A stretch of DNA of 64,000 nucleotides from an uncultured Acidobacteriota bacterium (lineage in GTDB: Bacteria > Acidobacteriota > Vicinamibacteria > Fen-336): NCBI GenBank assembly GCA_963742595.1, contig CAVUMT010000001.1, positions 3,854,314 to 3,918,313 on the forward strand. Reading direction: 5' to 3'. Within the stretch, counting starts at the first letter, position 1. Each line of letters opens with the position of its first letter. Under the pieces are notes generated by a model. The model did not search any database. It was not told where the DNA came from and saw only the letters and a program-made list of their open reading frames with translations. The position numbers and the translations under genes were made by a program. This document shows positions 1-14,348 of the stretch, piece after piece.

Positions 1-1526
1 AGACGCACGCTCGCGTCGCCCTCTCCGCAGCCCATGGAGCGGAACACGGACAGCGATCCGTCGGGGTCGCGGCAGGAACACCGCTCCCGCGTCGAGCCCG
101 AGCGCCGCGTTCACACCTTCGAGCAGGCGATCCGTCATCCGGGCGCAGGTCGGCGAGGTCGCGCGTTCAGGTCCTGGGAGAGCCGCAGCGAGGGCCCGGC
201 GCGAGCTGTAGCGCTCGCGGTAGAAGAGCCGCTCGATCCCCTCCTGGATCCGGCTCTTCACGGGCGTGAAGAGCAGGATCACGACGAGGGTCGAGAGGAG
301 CGCGATGATCGTGGTGTGGGGCTCCTCGTCCCCCGCGAGGAGGACGTTGGCGAGGCCCACCGTGAGCAGGCACGATGCCGAGGATCGCCGCCACCGCCAG
401 CGTGTAGACGAGCGTGCGGCGGAAGATGAGCTCGACGTCCATCAGACGGTGCTTGACCACCGCGTAGGCCAGGGACAGCGGGATGAGGGCGAGCGGGATG
501 TACCCGGCGAGCTCCATGGCCAGTCGCGGCTCGCGGCCCAGCGCGAAGGGCATCGCGTAGAAGAGCGAGGAAGGGCAGGACGCCCGCGCCCGTGCCCCAC
601 ACCAGCCACTTCATCTGCCGGCGCGCGGTGAGGCTGCCGCGTGCGGCGGTAGGAGTCGAGGAGGACGACGAAGGAGAGCGGCGAAGAGAGCGGCGAAGTA
701 GAGCGGCTTCGCCGCGGTCGATGGCCTCGGTGATCGCCCAGAGGGCGCTCGTCTCCCGGCCGGTGGTGAAGAAGCACCTGGCTCGCTACCGCCGCCCCCG
801 CGAGGGCCAGGGCGGGCAGGTAGAGCGCGGGCACCACCCAGGCCGCGGCGACCGGCGAGGCGGCGCTCCGGGAACGACAGGCAGAAGTGCAGGAAGACCA
901 CGGGCAGGAAGAGGATCGCGAGGTGGTCGGCCCAGAAGAGCGTCCAGTCGGCCACGTTGAGCTGTCCCGTGTACGAGGTCGAGTACATCAGGAAGAAGAG
1001 GACGCAGATCGCGTAGAAGTGGAGCGCGGCGCGATCGGGCGGGCGCCGCAGCATCACGATCGTGCCCACCACGAGGCTGAAGAAGCCGACGAGGGAGAGG
1101 TAGTAGAAGAGCGTGACGTTGCCCTGGGACAGCGGCTCGATCGTCACCACGAGCGAGCGGCGCTCCGACTCGCGCAGGAGCGCGTACTGGACGCGCTCGC
1201 CCGCCTGCCGGTGGCGCAAGGACGCCTCCACCTGCTCGGGGGAAAGGACCTCGTCCCCGTCGATCGCGAGGAGGACGTCGCCCGATACGCACGCCCGCTC
1301 GGTCCCCCGGGCCTCCCGCGGCCACGCGTCCCGCGACCACTCCCGTCGGGCTGAGGCGCCAGAACACGCCGTCGTCCAGGAGCGTCCAGGTGGCCTTCAG
1401 GACGATGTTGTAGACGCCAAGGGCGGCCAGGGTCAGCCCGGCCGCAAGCACTACGAGATTCTTGATTCGCCGTCGGGCGATCAGGGCCATGGCTTTTGCT
1501 TGGTGCGCCGTCAAAGGAGTTAGCAA
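1..1526 (-). CDS. PDZ-domain membrane sensor protein (C-terminus beyond window edge; at least 2 frameshifts)
   Basis: Minus-strand ORFs 786-1526, 611-1231 and 167-553 join into one protein. N-terminal TM helix plus PDZ-like segment (VLLAIDGD...EQV), polytopic TM block (FYYLSLVGFFSLVVG...), LFYRERY motif near the edge. Confidence 0.4.
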
Positions 1527-1733
1527 GCTACATGCCTACCTTGGAGTTACCAGCCGCTCGGCCAAGACGCTCAAAAAAATGGACTTGGAAACTCGATCCC
1601 GCGAACGGATCCGGACACTTGAAGACATAAACCACGAAAATGGATCACTTCTCCGAGCCAAAAAAAGCGAGGCTTGTGAGCCTCGCCCGCCTCTTCGCTG
1701 TGCACGACCCGCGGCAATCCTCCTCCGCCCCCC

Positions 1734-3453
1734 TCAGAAGCGGACGGAGATTCCTCCCATCACCCGCTTCGGCGGATGCAAAACGACGAGCTCGTCGAGG
1801 GTCGCACCCTCGGCCGCCTCGTAGAAGAGGTTGCGAAACGCCACGAGCACCTCCCAGTCCGCCCGCGTCAGCGTCTGCAGGAACGGCAGGCCCTGGCCGA
1901 GCTGCACGTCGAAGCGGGTGTTGCTGCAAGCGGAATGCCCGCCCCGGCCGTCCCCCTCCGGGTTCAGGCTGTTGAATCGGTAGAAGGCGCGAGACCCGCG
2001 TGTCGGTCCAGTCGATGATGGTCTCCACGCGCGCGACGAGATCGTGGAAGTCGGCCTCTTCGTACCCGAGGAGGTCGAAGCCGCTCGCCACGGCCGCGGC
2101 GCCCCCGAGGCCGCCGTCCCGCGTCGTGCGGCCGTAGGTGTAGGTGAGCGAGCCGTTGACCAGCTCGCCGAGGTGCCGCGCCCACCGTGAGGCCCACTCC
2201 CCGCGCGTCGATGCTGCCGCCGTTCAGGATGCGCAGGCTTCGGGCCGCGGCCTCGTCGAAGACGTTGACGAGCTGGTCGGCAGCGTCCTCGTAGAAGACG
2301 TGCGCGCCCGACCGTGGCGGGGCCGACCGCGCGTCGGCGGACGCCAGCTCGTAGCGCCAGGTGCGCTCGGGCCGCAGCCCCTCCTGCAGGTCGGGCGTAG
2401 GCAGGTCACGGGCGCGGTCGCGAGCGTCGACAGGGTGAGCAGGTCGCCGCCCGGGAGCCAGCGTTCGCGACGACACGTCGGCGCGGATCGCCGGCGTCTG
2501 ACCCTCGCGGTACTCGATCGCCGAGCGTCGTGTCCAGGTGGTTGCGATCGTCGAGGAAGCCGATGTAGGAGTAGCGGGCCGCCCACGGTGCCGTGAGGCG
2601 TTCCGGCGCCAGCGCGAAGCGGTCCTGCGACGAACACCGCGCCCACGCTGCGCTCGTCGAGCGCGTCGGCGCTTGCCGACGTCGGGCTGCGGAGGTAGCG
2701 CGTCCCGTAGCCGGCGCCGGTCTGGATCTCGTGCCCGCCGCCCGGCTCGAGCACGAACTCCGCGCGCCATGCGCCACGTCCGTGTTCTCGCTCTCGGTCA
2801 CGAGGCCGCCCAGGCTCCAGCGTCCGGAGTCGGCGAGGCGTCCCTGGAGACGTACGGCCCCCTGGCTGGCGTTCGGGCTGTCCGACCCGACCGTGTCCAC
2901 GTCCAGCCCGAGGGTCGAAGGACTGGTCACGAGCTCGACGGATCCCGCGAGCTCCGGGACCCAGCGCCACGGGCGGCGAGGGCCACGGCGGCGGACGGCG
3001 GCAGCTCCACGACTACCGCGTCCTCACCGGACTCGAGCACGGAGCGGCGCTTGTGACGGAGGAGCCACTCGCCACTCCCGCACGGAGAGCGTCTCCGATT
3101 CCGGAGCCGCTGCCTGGCGGTCGGGCGGCGACGCGCGGCGGCGGCCTCGCCGATCGGGGTCAGGCTGACGGTGAAGACGGAGTCCTGGTCGGGCAGGACC
3201 GTGATCCTCCTGGCGGCGCGCGGGCTGGTGGCCCGTGCCCAGCGCGCGCACGGTGTAGGAGCCGGCGGGCAGCGCGGGCAGGGAGAAGTGGCCGGCGCTG
3301 TCGGACGAGCGTGACCAGGCTGCCCCCGCGGATGCCCTTGCCGAAGAGGGAGATGACGGCCCCCGCCACGGGGAGCGCCACGGCTGTTCTCGACCCAGCC
3401 CATGAGCCCTCCGTCCCGTTCCCCAGCGTGCGCGGCTCACGCGCGAGCAGCAT
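1734..3453 (-). CDS. Outer-membrane beta-barrel, TonB-dependent-receptor-like, with N-terminal carboxypeptidase-regulatory-like domain (multiple frameshifts)
   Basis: CarbopepD_reg motif (GHFSLPALPAGSYTVRA) near N-terminus. C-terminal ...LVVLHPPKRVMGGISVRF* ends in an aromatic residue as outer-membrane barrels do. Pieces are spread over about 5 minus frames. Confidence 0.35.
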
Positions 3454-3623
3454 GGCGGCCGTAGATTGCGGCCCCCCGGGACCGGTGGGCGATCGTCAAT
3501 CCTGGGCCTCCACGAAATGGGACTCGCCCTTCAACAATCTGCACGCTATCAGGCGGATGCGTGGACGCCGTGTCAACCGTGCCGCATGCCGGCCGTGTGC
3601 TATAAGTGTCGGCCTCGCCGGCC

Positions 3624-4250
3624 CATGGCCAAGATCAACGACGTGACCGTCCCGCTCTCGCCGGACCTGCCGACGCTTCCCGGGCGACCCCCCCTTCGAG
3701 ATCGAGTTCACCCACAGGATCGCGGACGGCGACCCCTACAACGTCGCCCGGCTCACCCTGGGGACCCACACGGGCACCCACGTGGACGCCCCGTACCACT
3801 TCCTGGCCGACGGGGCGACCGTCGACGAGCTCCCGCTGGAGATCCTGATCGGCAAGGCCGCGTGGTCGAGCTGCATGGCCCGCGAGCGGGTCGAGCGCGC
3901 CGACCTCGAGGCGCTCGACCTGCGCGACGACCTGCGCGTGCTCCTCAAGACGCGCATGTCGGGGCAGCTCCGGCAGGCCGCGAGTTCCAGGAGGACTACG
4001 TCTACCTGACGGCGGACGCGGCGAGCTACCTCGCCCAGGTCGGGATCAAGCTCGTGGGCATCGACTACCTGTCGGTCGAGAAGTTCGGCACCGCCGACTA
4101 TCCCGCGCACCACGCGCTGCTGGAGGCGGGAGTCGTGATCGTCGAGGGTCTCGACCTCTCGGAGGTGGAGCCGGGAGAGTACGACATGACCTGCCTGCCC
4201 CTGCGCATCGTCGGGCGCCGACGGCTCTCCCGCCCGCGTGATCCTTGCGC
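3624..4250 (+). CDS. Cyclase family protein (kynurenine formamidase-like), frameshifted
   Basis: MAKINDVTVPLSPDLPTLPG..., ...GTHVDAPYHFLADGATVDELPLE... and ...IDYLSVEKFGTADYPAHHALLEAGVVIVEGLDL... lie in 2 frames. Confidence 0.6.
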
Positions 4251-4301
4251 ACCCGGCTCTAAGAGGCCGGGCGCTCGCATGAACGTCCTCCTCTGCGCGA
4301 C

Positions 4302-5558
4302 GTGGTGGCCGTGCTGCTGGCCGGCGGGGCGGGGGAGCGGCTCTATCCCGCTGACGCGCGACCGGGCCAAGCCCGCGGTCTCCTTCGGCGGCCCGTACCG
4401 GATCATCGACTTCACGCTCTCCAACTGCATCAACTCCGGCCTGCGCAAGATCTTCATCGCCACCCAGTACAAGGCCCAGAGCCTGAACCGGCACGTGCGC
4501 ATGGGCTGGAGCGTGGTGAACACGCGAGCTCGGCGAGTTCGTGGAGGTGCTGCCGCCGCAGAAGCGGGTGGGCGAGAACTGGTATCTCGGCACCGCGGAC
4601 GCCGTCTACCAGAACCTCTACTCGCATCGAGCGCGAGACGCCCGCGCTGGGTGATCGTCCTGTCCGGCGACCACATCTACAAGATGGACTACGGCAAGAT
4701 GCTCGACGTCCACATCGCGCGCGGGGCCGCGCTCACGGTGGCCGCCATCGAGGTGCCGGTCGCCGAGGCGCGCCGCTTCGGCGTCCTCGAGGTGGACGAG
4801 GACAGCCGCGTCATGGGCTTCCAGGAGAAGCCGGAGACCGCGGCCGCCCACTCCCTGGAACCCCGGCTTCTGCCTCGGGCTCGATGGGCATCTACATCTT
4901 CGACTTCGACGCTGCTGGTGCGCGAGCTGCAGCGCGACGCGGAGGAGGACACGAGCCACGACTTCGGCAAGGACATCATCCCCCAGCTCGTGCAGCCGGG
5001 CGAGCGCGTCTACGCCTACCTCTTCTGGGACGAGAACAAGAAGGAGTCGAAGTACTGGCGCGACGTGGGCACGCTCGACGCCTACTACGAGGCGCTCGAT
5101 GGACCTCATCCAGGTCGACCCCGTCTTCAACCTCTACGACCCGGACTGGCCGCTGCGCACGTACCAGCCGCAGTTCCCGCCCGCCAAGTTCGTCTTCTCG
5201 CGAGGACGGCCGGCACGGGCAGGGCCACCGACTCCATCGTCTCCATGGGCTGCATCGTCTCGGGCAGCGAGGTCCGGCGCTCGATCCTGTGCCCGGACGT
5301 GCGCGTGCACTCGTTCTGCGACATCGCAGGACTCGATCCTGCATGCCCAACGTGCACCGTCCACCGCCACGCGCCGCATCCGCCGCGCCATCGTCGACCG
5401 CGACGTCGAGGTGCCGCGGGGGCGCGATCATCGGCTACGACCCCGCGGAGGACCGGCGGCGCCACACCGTGTCGGACGGCGGCGTGGTGGTCGTGACCGC
5501 CGGCGAGGAGTGCCTCGTCGACCCCGCAGTTCCACGAACAGCCCCGGAGGGAGCGTAG
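4302..5558 (+). CDS. glgC: Glucose-1-phosphate adenylyltransferase (frameshifted)
   Basis: [61 protein letters not shown]; later blocks [24 protein letters not shown]; at least 3 frame switches. Confidence 0.8.
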   Translation: MVAVLLAGGAGERLYPADARPGQARGLLRRPVPDHRLHALQLHQLRPAQDLHRHPVQGPEPEPARAHGLERGEHASSASSWRCCRRRSGWARTGISAPRTPSTRTSTRIERETPALGDRPVRRPHLQDGLRQDARRPHRARGRAHGGRHRGAGRRGAPLRRPRGGRGQPRHGLPGEAGDRGRPLPGTPASASGSMGIYIFDFDAAGARAAARRGGGHEPRLRQGHHPPARAAGRARLRLPLLGREQEGVEVLARRGHARRLLRGARWTSSRSTPSSTSTTRTGRCARTSRSSRPPSSSSREDGRHGQGHRLHRLHGLHRLGQRGPALDPVPGRARALVLRHRRTRSCMPNVHRPPPRAASAAPSSTATSRCRGGAIIGYDPAEDRRRHTVSDGGVVVVTAGEECLVDPAVPRTAPEGA

Positions 5559-7179
<1,621 letters not shown>

Positions 7180-7262
7180 CGGTTGTCCCGAAAAAATTAT
7201 GCAGGACAGGCGGTTCGTCGCTGTCAAGCGGCAACGTCGAAGGCCCGCGTACACGTGTTAAC

Positions 7263-8902
<1,640 letters not shown>

Positions 8903-8905
8903 GCG

Positions 8906-9865
8906 CACCGCCCCCTTCGTCTCGCGCTCGTTTCGTTTTCCGTCTCCGCCTGGAAGAAGTCGTGGCCCTCGCCTTCCTCCTGCCCACGACCTACCTCACG
9001 GTGGCCGCGAACGTCTACGCGCGGGAGGCGGGGGTGCTCGGGGCGCGGCACCCGGGCGGGCTCCTCCGGCTGGCCGTCGCCGTCCTCGCGCTCGCGGTGC
9101 TCGCCCTCGCCCTGTGGCATCCGGCCGCGGTCGCCGGTGGTGCAGACGCTGCGCGACATCCTGCCCTTCCTCGTCTGCATCCTCATCTACACGAACCTCC
9201 ACGACACGATCGGCTTCGTGAACCCGCACGACGTCCACCACTTCCTCATCGCCCTCGACCGGATGATCTTCGGCGTGGAGCCCTGCGTGTGGGCGGAGCG
9301 CTTCATCACCCCCGGCCGCACGGAGGTGATGCAGTTCTTCTACCTGAACTTCTTCTGGATCGCCCCGTCCACGGCACTCCTCCTGCTCGCCAAGCGCCGG
9401 TGGACGGAGTTCCGGGCCGCGACCATGGGCGTGCTCGTCTGCTTCTTCCTCGGGCTACGCGCTCTACGTGATCTTCCCCGCGGCGCCGCCGCGCCTCGTG
9501 CTCGCCCCCGAGTTCAAGAAGAACCTCTACGGCTATCCGCACTTCTTCTCGAACCTGTCCGCGCAGGCCTTCGTCCCTCCTGCCCGTGGACAGCCGGGCC
9601 GCCTTCCCGTCGCTGCACTCGGCGGTCTCGCTTGTGTCGCTCGTCTACGCCTGGCGCTACCTGCGGTCGTGGTTCTGGACGCTCCTGCCCTTCGTGCGTG
9701 GGGCTCTGGGTGTCGACGATCTACCTGCGCCACCACTACGCGGTGGACCTTCTCGCGGGATGGCTGCTGGCGCCCCTGGCAATGTGGCTGGCGCCGCGGC
9801 TCGACGCATGGTGGGCGGGGCGGCAGCGGGAACTCGGCTACGAGCCGGCGCGCGGGGCGGCGTGA
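8906..9865 (+). CDS. PAP2-superfamily membrane phosphatase (Aur1/PAP2_3-like), one frameshift
   Basis: TM-rich; PAP2 signature residues FPSLHSAVS and LRHHYAVDLLAG. Confidence 0.65.
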   Translation, partial: HRPLRLALVSFSVSAWKKSWPSPSSCPRPTSRWPRTSTRGRRGCSGRGTRAGSSGWPSPSSRSRCSPSPCGIRPRSPVVQTLRDILPFLVCILIYTNLHDTIGFVNPHDVHHFLIALDRMIFGVEPCVWAERFITPGRTEVMQFFYLNFFWIAPSTALLLLAKRRWTEFRAATMGVLVCFFLGLRALRDLPRGAAAPRARPRVQEEPLRLSALLLEPVRAGLRPSCPWTAGPPSRRCTRRSRLCRSSTPGATCGRGSGRSCPSCVGLWVSTIYLRHHYAVDLLAGWLLAPLAMWLAPRLDAWWAGRQRELGYEPARGAA

Positions 9866-9912
9866 GCGACTCGCCCCGGGGCGAGTCAGTTCAAGTGATT
9901 CTTGAAGTGACT

Positions 9913-9945
9913 CCGTCCGGAATGGGTAGGAAGGTAACGCGGAGG
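9913..9945 (-). repeat. Copy A (inverted) of 29-bp dispersed repeat CGTTACC(G)TCCTACCCATTCCGGACGGAGT
   Basis: Plus strand reads tccgtccggaatgggtaggaaggtaacg, the reverse complement of the copies at 20051 and 21294; sits in the convergent intergenic gap. Confidence 0.7.
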
Positions 9946-10184
9946 GGTCCTGCCTAACGAACGGGCAGGAACGGTTCGGCAGGAACGGTCAGAGATCGGT
10001 CCGGACCGGGTCGAAGGGCCAACGGCCAATCACCCGGCCCGGACCGATGACGTTTACTTCCCCGGCGTCACGTCGACCGACCAGCGTCCGGTCGCCCCAG
10101 GCCAGGATCGAGCGTGGCGCCGTCGCCCGCGGGCTTGAGGTCGATCGTGAAGCTGTCGACGGCGAGCGCCGGTCTTGCCGCTCT

Positions 10185-10647
10185 TCATGGGAGCCCGTGC
10201 GACCTCGGCTTGGCGATGTTCTTCTCGTAGCCGTCGAGGCGGGGCCAGGGCTCGTTCTTCATGTTGTCCGGAGCCTCGCCGCAGATCTTGCCCAGGGGGA
10301 TGCCCTGGTCGGAGTTGATGGCGAGCGACCAGTCGCCGCTCGCGGGGGCGTGGACGTAGAGCGAGTACTTGCCGGCCGGGACCTTCTTGCCGCCGACCAT
10401 GATGTCGCCCTCGGTGGTGAGGGTGGTGACCTGGTTCTCGCCCGCGCGCCACATGCGGTCCGCGGGGAGCTGCTTCGAGCAGCTCGTCGATGCTCCGGCC
10501 CTTGAGCGCGGGACGGCCGTAGTCGATCGAGACCTTCTTGCCGCCGACGCTGGCGGTGGCGGTGCCGCGCGGGTGGTCGGCGGCGGAGACGAGGCCGGCG
10601 ACCGCGAGCGCCGCGGCGAGGGATGCGAGACGCAGCTTCATTTTCAC
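10185..10647 (-). CDS. DUF2911 family secreted protein (one frameshift)
   Basis: Signal peptide MKMKLRLASLAAALAVAGLVSA; ...VSIDYGRP..., ...WRAGENQVTTLTTEGDIMVGGKKVPAGKYSLYVH... Confidence 0.6.
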
Positions 10648-10732
10648 GTTCTCCTTCGGTTCGAAGCTATTGACCCGAGTCGGGACGGCCCCCGACCCAC
10701 ATTACCACCGCCCGGAAGGGCGGTCGGTCGCT

Positions 10733-12231
10733 CAGGCCTGGTCGAGGGCCTTCTTGAGGAGCGCGTTCACGACCTGCGGGTTCGCCTTGCCCCCCGTCTC
10801 CTTCATGACCTGCCCCACGAACCAGCCGAGCGTGCTCGGTCTTGCCCTTGCGGTACGTCGCGACCTGCTCGGGGCTCGCGGCGATCACCTCGGCGACCGC
10901 GGCCTCGATCGGCGCCCTCGTCCGAGACCTGGGCGAGGCCCTCGCGCTCCACGATCGCGCCTCGGCGCCCTCGCCGCGTCGCCCACATCTTCTCGAACAC
11001 GTCCTTGGCGATCTTGCCGCTGATCGTGCCCGCGTCGATGAGCCGGATGAGCTCGGCCAGGCGCGGCGGGCGGCACCGGGCAGGCGGCGAGCGGCCGCGT
11101 CGTCCTCCTTGAGCTTGCGCAGCACCTCGGTCATCACCCAGTTGGAGGCGGCCTTGGCGTTGCCGCTCTCCCGCGCCACCGCCTCGAAGTAGTCGGCCAC
11201 CTCGCGGGACAGCGTGAGCACGCCCGCGTCGTAGTCGGGGAGGCCGTACTCGGCGACGAAGCGGCGGCGCTTGTCCGCGGGCAGCTCGGGCAGCGCCGCC
11301 CGCACCTCCTCGATCCAGGCCGCGGTCGACGACGAGGGGCGGCAGGTCGGGCTCGGGGAAGTAGCGGTAGTCGTGCGCCTCTTCCTTGGAGCGCATGGAC
11401 GCGGTCTCGCCGCGGTCGGCGTTCCAGAGGCGCGTCTCCTGGACGACCTGCCCCCCGGACTCGACGACCGCCGACCTGCCGCGCGATCTCGTGGTCGATG
11501 GCGCGGGCCACGTTGCGGAACGAGTTGAGGTTCTTGATCTCGGCCCGCGTGCCCGAAGGCCTCGGTGCCCGCGCGGGCGCACGCGAGACGTTGGCGTCGC
11601 AGCGCAGCGAGCCCTCCTCCATGTTGCAGTCGGAGACCTCGCGCGTAGAGGAGGACGGCCTTGAGCGCGGTCAGGTAGTCGTAGGCCTCCTCCGGCGCTG
11701 CGCATGTCGGGCTGCGGAGACGATCTCGATGAGGGGGACGCCGCTGCGGTTGAAGTCGACCCCGCTCTTCTCCGCCGACCAGGGGAAGCCCTCGTGGAGG
11801 AGCTTGCCCGCGTCCTCTTCCATGTGGATGCGGTGCGAGGCGCACGCGTCGGAAGCCGCTCGTCCGGCGGGGATCTCCACGTGGCCGTCGGTGGCCAGCG
11901 GCCGCTCGTACTGCGAGATCTGGTAGCCCTTGGGGAGGTCGGGGTAGAAGTAGTTCTTGCGGGCGAAGATCGACGTCTCGTGCACCGTGCAGTCCGTGGC
12001 GAGGGCGGCGCGCATGGCGAGCGTCACCGCCTGCCGCGGCGAGCACGGGCAGGGCGCCGGGCAGCCCGAGGCAGACCGGGCAGACGTTCGTGTTGGGCGC
12101 GTCGCCGAAGCGGTTGCGGCAGGCGCAGAAGATCTTGGTCTGCGTGAGGAGCTGGCAGTGCACCTCGAGGCCGATGACCGGCTCGTAGCGCGCGACCACG
12201 TCCCGGGACGACGCGGACGCCGTAGCCATGA
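10733..12231 (-). CDS. gatB: Asp-tRNA(Asn)/Glu-tRNA(Gln) amidotransferase subunit B
   Basis: Intact ORF; MATAS...[25 protein letters not shown]...; C-terminus ...[31 protein letters not shown]. Confidence 0.9.
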
Positions 12232-12292
12232 CCGGCGATATTAGCACCGGGGCCGGGCCGGACTAGAATGACGGCGCCCCGGAGACCCAGAC

Positions 12293-12802
12293 ATGAACAA
12301 GGAAGACCTCGGCCGCCTGCTCGACTACACGAAGTGGGCCAACCACAAGGTCGTCCGCCTCGCGGCCACGCTCACCGTCGAGGATTTCAAGAAGGACCTG
12401 GGCTCGAGCCACGGGGGCGTGCGGGGGACCCTCTGCCACATGCTCGGCGCGGAGTGGATCTGGCTCGAGCGCTGGAAGGGCGTCTCTCCGGTGAAGTTCA
12501 TCGACGAGGGGGAGTTCCGGGACGTCGTCGCCCTCTCCGACCGCTGGAAGGCGGTGGAGCGCCACCGCGATTCCTGGTTCCGGAACCTGAAGGACTCCGC
12601 CCCGCGCCAGAGGATCGCCTACAAGAACCTGGCGGGAAAGCCCTTCGAGGAACCCTTGTGGCAGCTCGTGCAGCACGTGGCGAACCACTCCACGTACCAC
12701 CGCGGCCAGGTCGTGACGATGCTGCGCCAGCTCGGGGCCAAGGTCGTCTCCACCGACCTCGTCTTCTGGGACCGCGAGCGCGCGGCGAAGGCGAAGGGGT
12801 GA
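12293..12802 (+). CDS. DinB-family (DinB_2) protein
   Basis: Intact 169 aa; ...LCHMLGAEWIWLERW...HVANHSTYHRGQVVTMLRQLG... Confidence 0.7.
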   Translation: MNKEDLGRLLDYTKWANHKVVRLAATLTVEDFKKDLGSSHGGVRGTLCHMLGAEWIWLERWKGVSPVKFIDEGEFRDVVALSDRWKAVERHRDSWFRNLKDSAPRQRIAYKNLAGKPFEEPLWQLVQHVANHSTYHRGQVVTMLRQLGAKVVSTDLVFWDRERAAKAKG

Positions 12803-12812
12803 CCGCCCTCGC

Positions 12813-14132
12813 CTAACGCGACGGGGTGTCGTTCTTGTAGACCTTCCCGCCCTTCATCACGAACCGCACCCGCTCCGTGGCCTTGACGTCGGCGAGGACG
12901 TCCCCGGGCACGGCCACGAGGTCGGCCTGCTTGCCCGCCTCGATCGTCCCGACCGTCTTGTCGAGGCCGAGGAGCTGCGAGCCCGAGGCGGTGCCCGTCC
13001 GGAGGGCGGCCGCGGGCGTCATGCCGTGGGCCACCAGGAGGCCGAACTCCTGGGCGTTCATGCCGTGGGGGCTCACGCCGGAGTCGGTCCCGAGGGCGAT
13101 CTTCACTCCCGCCTTGATCGCCGCCTTGAGCGCGGTCGCGTGGGCGTCGCCCGCGGCCTTGGCCTTGGCCGCGATCTCCGGCGGGTAGCCCCGGGGCCGG
13201 CGGGCCGTGAACTCCACGGCCATCGCCGTGGGGACGAGGAACGTGCCCCGCTCCTTCATGAGCTGGATCGCTTCCTCGTCGAGGAAGGAGCCGTGCTCGA
13301 TGGAGTCGATTCCTGCGCGGATCGCGACCTTGGCTCCGGCCGCGCCGTGGGCGTGGGCGGCGGCGCGATGGCCCAGCCGGTGGGTCTCCTCCACGAGCGC
13401 GTCCATCTCGGCTTGCGTGAGCTGGGGAGTGTCCACGGCGTCGCCCAGGGACAGGACGCCTCCGGTGGCGCACACCTTGATCACGTCCGCCCCGTACTTG
13501 AGCTGGAAGCGGACGGCGTCGCGGAAGCCGTCGGGCCCGCTCGCGATCCCTTCCGCGATCCCCGACTCCTTCCCGAAGAGCATGTAGGGGAAGCCCCCGA
13601 GGTCGCAGTGCCCGCCCCGCGCTCCCAGGGCGTTCGCGGAGACGACCAGGCGAGGACCCGGCACGACGCCCGCGTTGATCGCGTTCCTGAGGCCCACGTC
13701 CACGAACTCGCGCGCGCCGAGGCTGCGCACGGTGGTGAAACCCGTCATCAGGGTCTTGCGCGCGTATTCCGTGGAGCGGATCGCCTCCTCGGGGAGGTTT
13801 CTCCGCAGGTCGTCGACCGCGTCCTTGTACCAGTTCTCCCCGGACTCGCCGGTGATGTGCACGTGGGCGTCGATGAACCCGGGGAGGAGCGTCGCGTCTC
13901 CCAGCTCGATGACCTTGGCTCCCGAAGGAACCGCGAGCCCGGTGCCTACCGCTTTGATCGTCCCTCCCTCCACCACCACGACCGCGTTCGCCGAGGTGGA
14001 GTCGCCCTTGCCGTCAAACAGGTGCCTGGCCCGCAGGACCGTGACCTCGGGGGGAGGGGCGGCGGCGGGTGTTTGAGCTTCCGCCGCGGAAGCGGCGAGG
14101 CCGGCGGCGAGGATCAGCAGGTGGAGACGCAT
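12813..14132 (-). CDS. Secreted amidohydrolase-family metal-dependent hydrolase
   Basis: Intact; signal MRLHLLILAAGLAASAAEA; ...LLPGFIDAHVHI..., ...GADVIKVCATGG..., ...AAHAHGAAG... Confidence 0.8.
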   Translation of the reverse strand: MRLHLLILAAGLAASAAEAQTPAAAPPPEVTVLRARHLFDGKGDSTSANAVVVVEGGTIKAVGTGLAVPSGAKVIELGDATLLPGFIDAHVHITGESGENWYKDAVDDLRRNLPEEAIRSTEYARKTLMTGFTTVRSLGAREFVDVGLRNAINAGVVPGPRLVVSANALGARGGHCDLGGFPYMLFGKESGIAEGIASGPDGFRDAVRFQLKYGADVIKVCATGGVLSLGDAVDTPQLTQAEMDALVEETHRLGHRAAAHAHGAAGAKVAIRAGIDSIEHGSFLDEEAIQLMKERGTFLVPTAMAVEFTARRPRGYPPEIAAKAKAAGDAHATALKAAIKAGVKIALGTDSGVSPHGMNAQEFGLLVAHGMTPAAALRTGTASGSQLLGLDKTVGTIEAGKQADLVAVPGDVLADVKATERVRFVMKGGKVYKNDTPSR

Positions 14133-14271
14133 TTTTCGAGGGACCTCCTGGGAGCGCGCCATCCTATCCCAGGCCCGCGGGCGCCAGGATGGGAACTCGC
14201 CTCCGGAAGACAGACACTTCCAGATGAGCGAGAGGTGCTTGTAGAATCGCGCCCCGTCGGGTCACGCGAGT

Positions 14272-14313
14272 GTTACTTTTCGTACTCGTTCCGGAACGAG
14301 TACGAAAGGTAAC
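14272..14313. promoter_or_regulatory. 42-bp near-perfect palindrome (20/21 arm match) in divergent promoter region; candidate operator
   Basis: gttacttttcgtactcgttcc|ggaacgagtacgaaaggtaac, about 35 bp upstream of the S9 peptidase ATG and about 140 bp from the amidohydrolase start. Confidence 0.5.
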
Positions 14314-14348
14314 ATCCAGTACCCGCAGCAATCCTTTCGAGGTAACCC

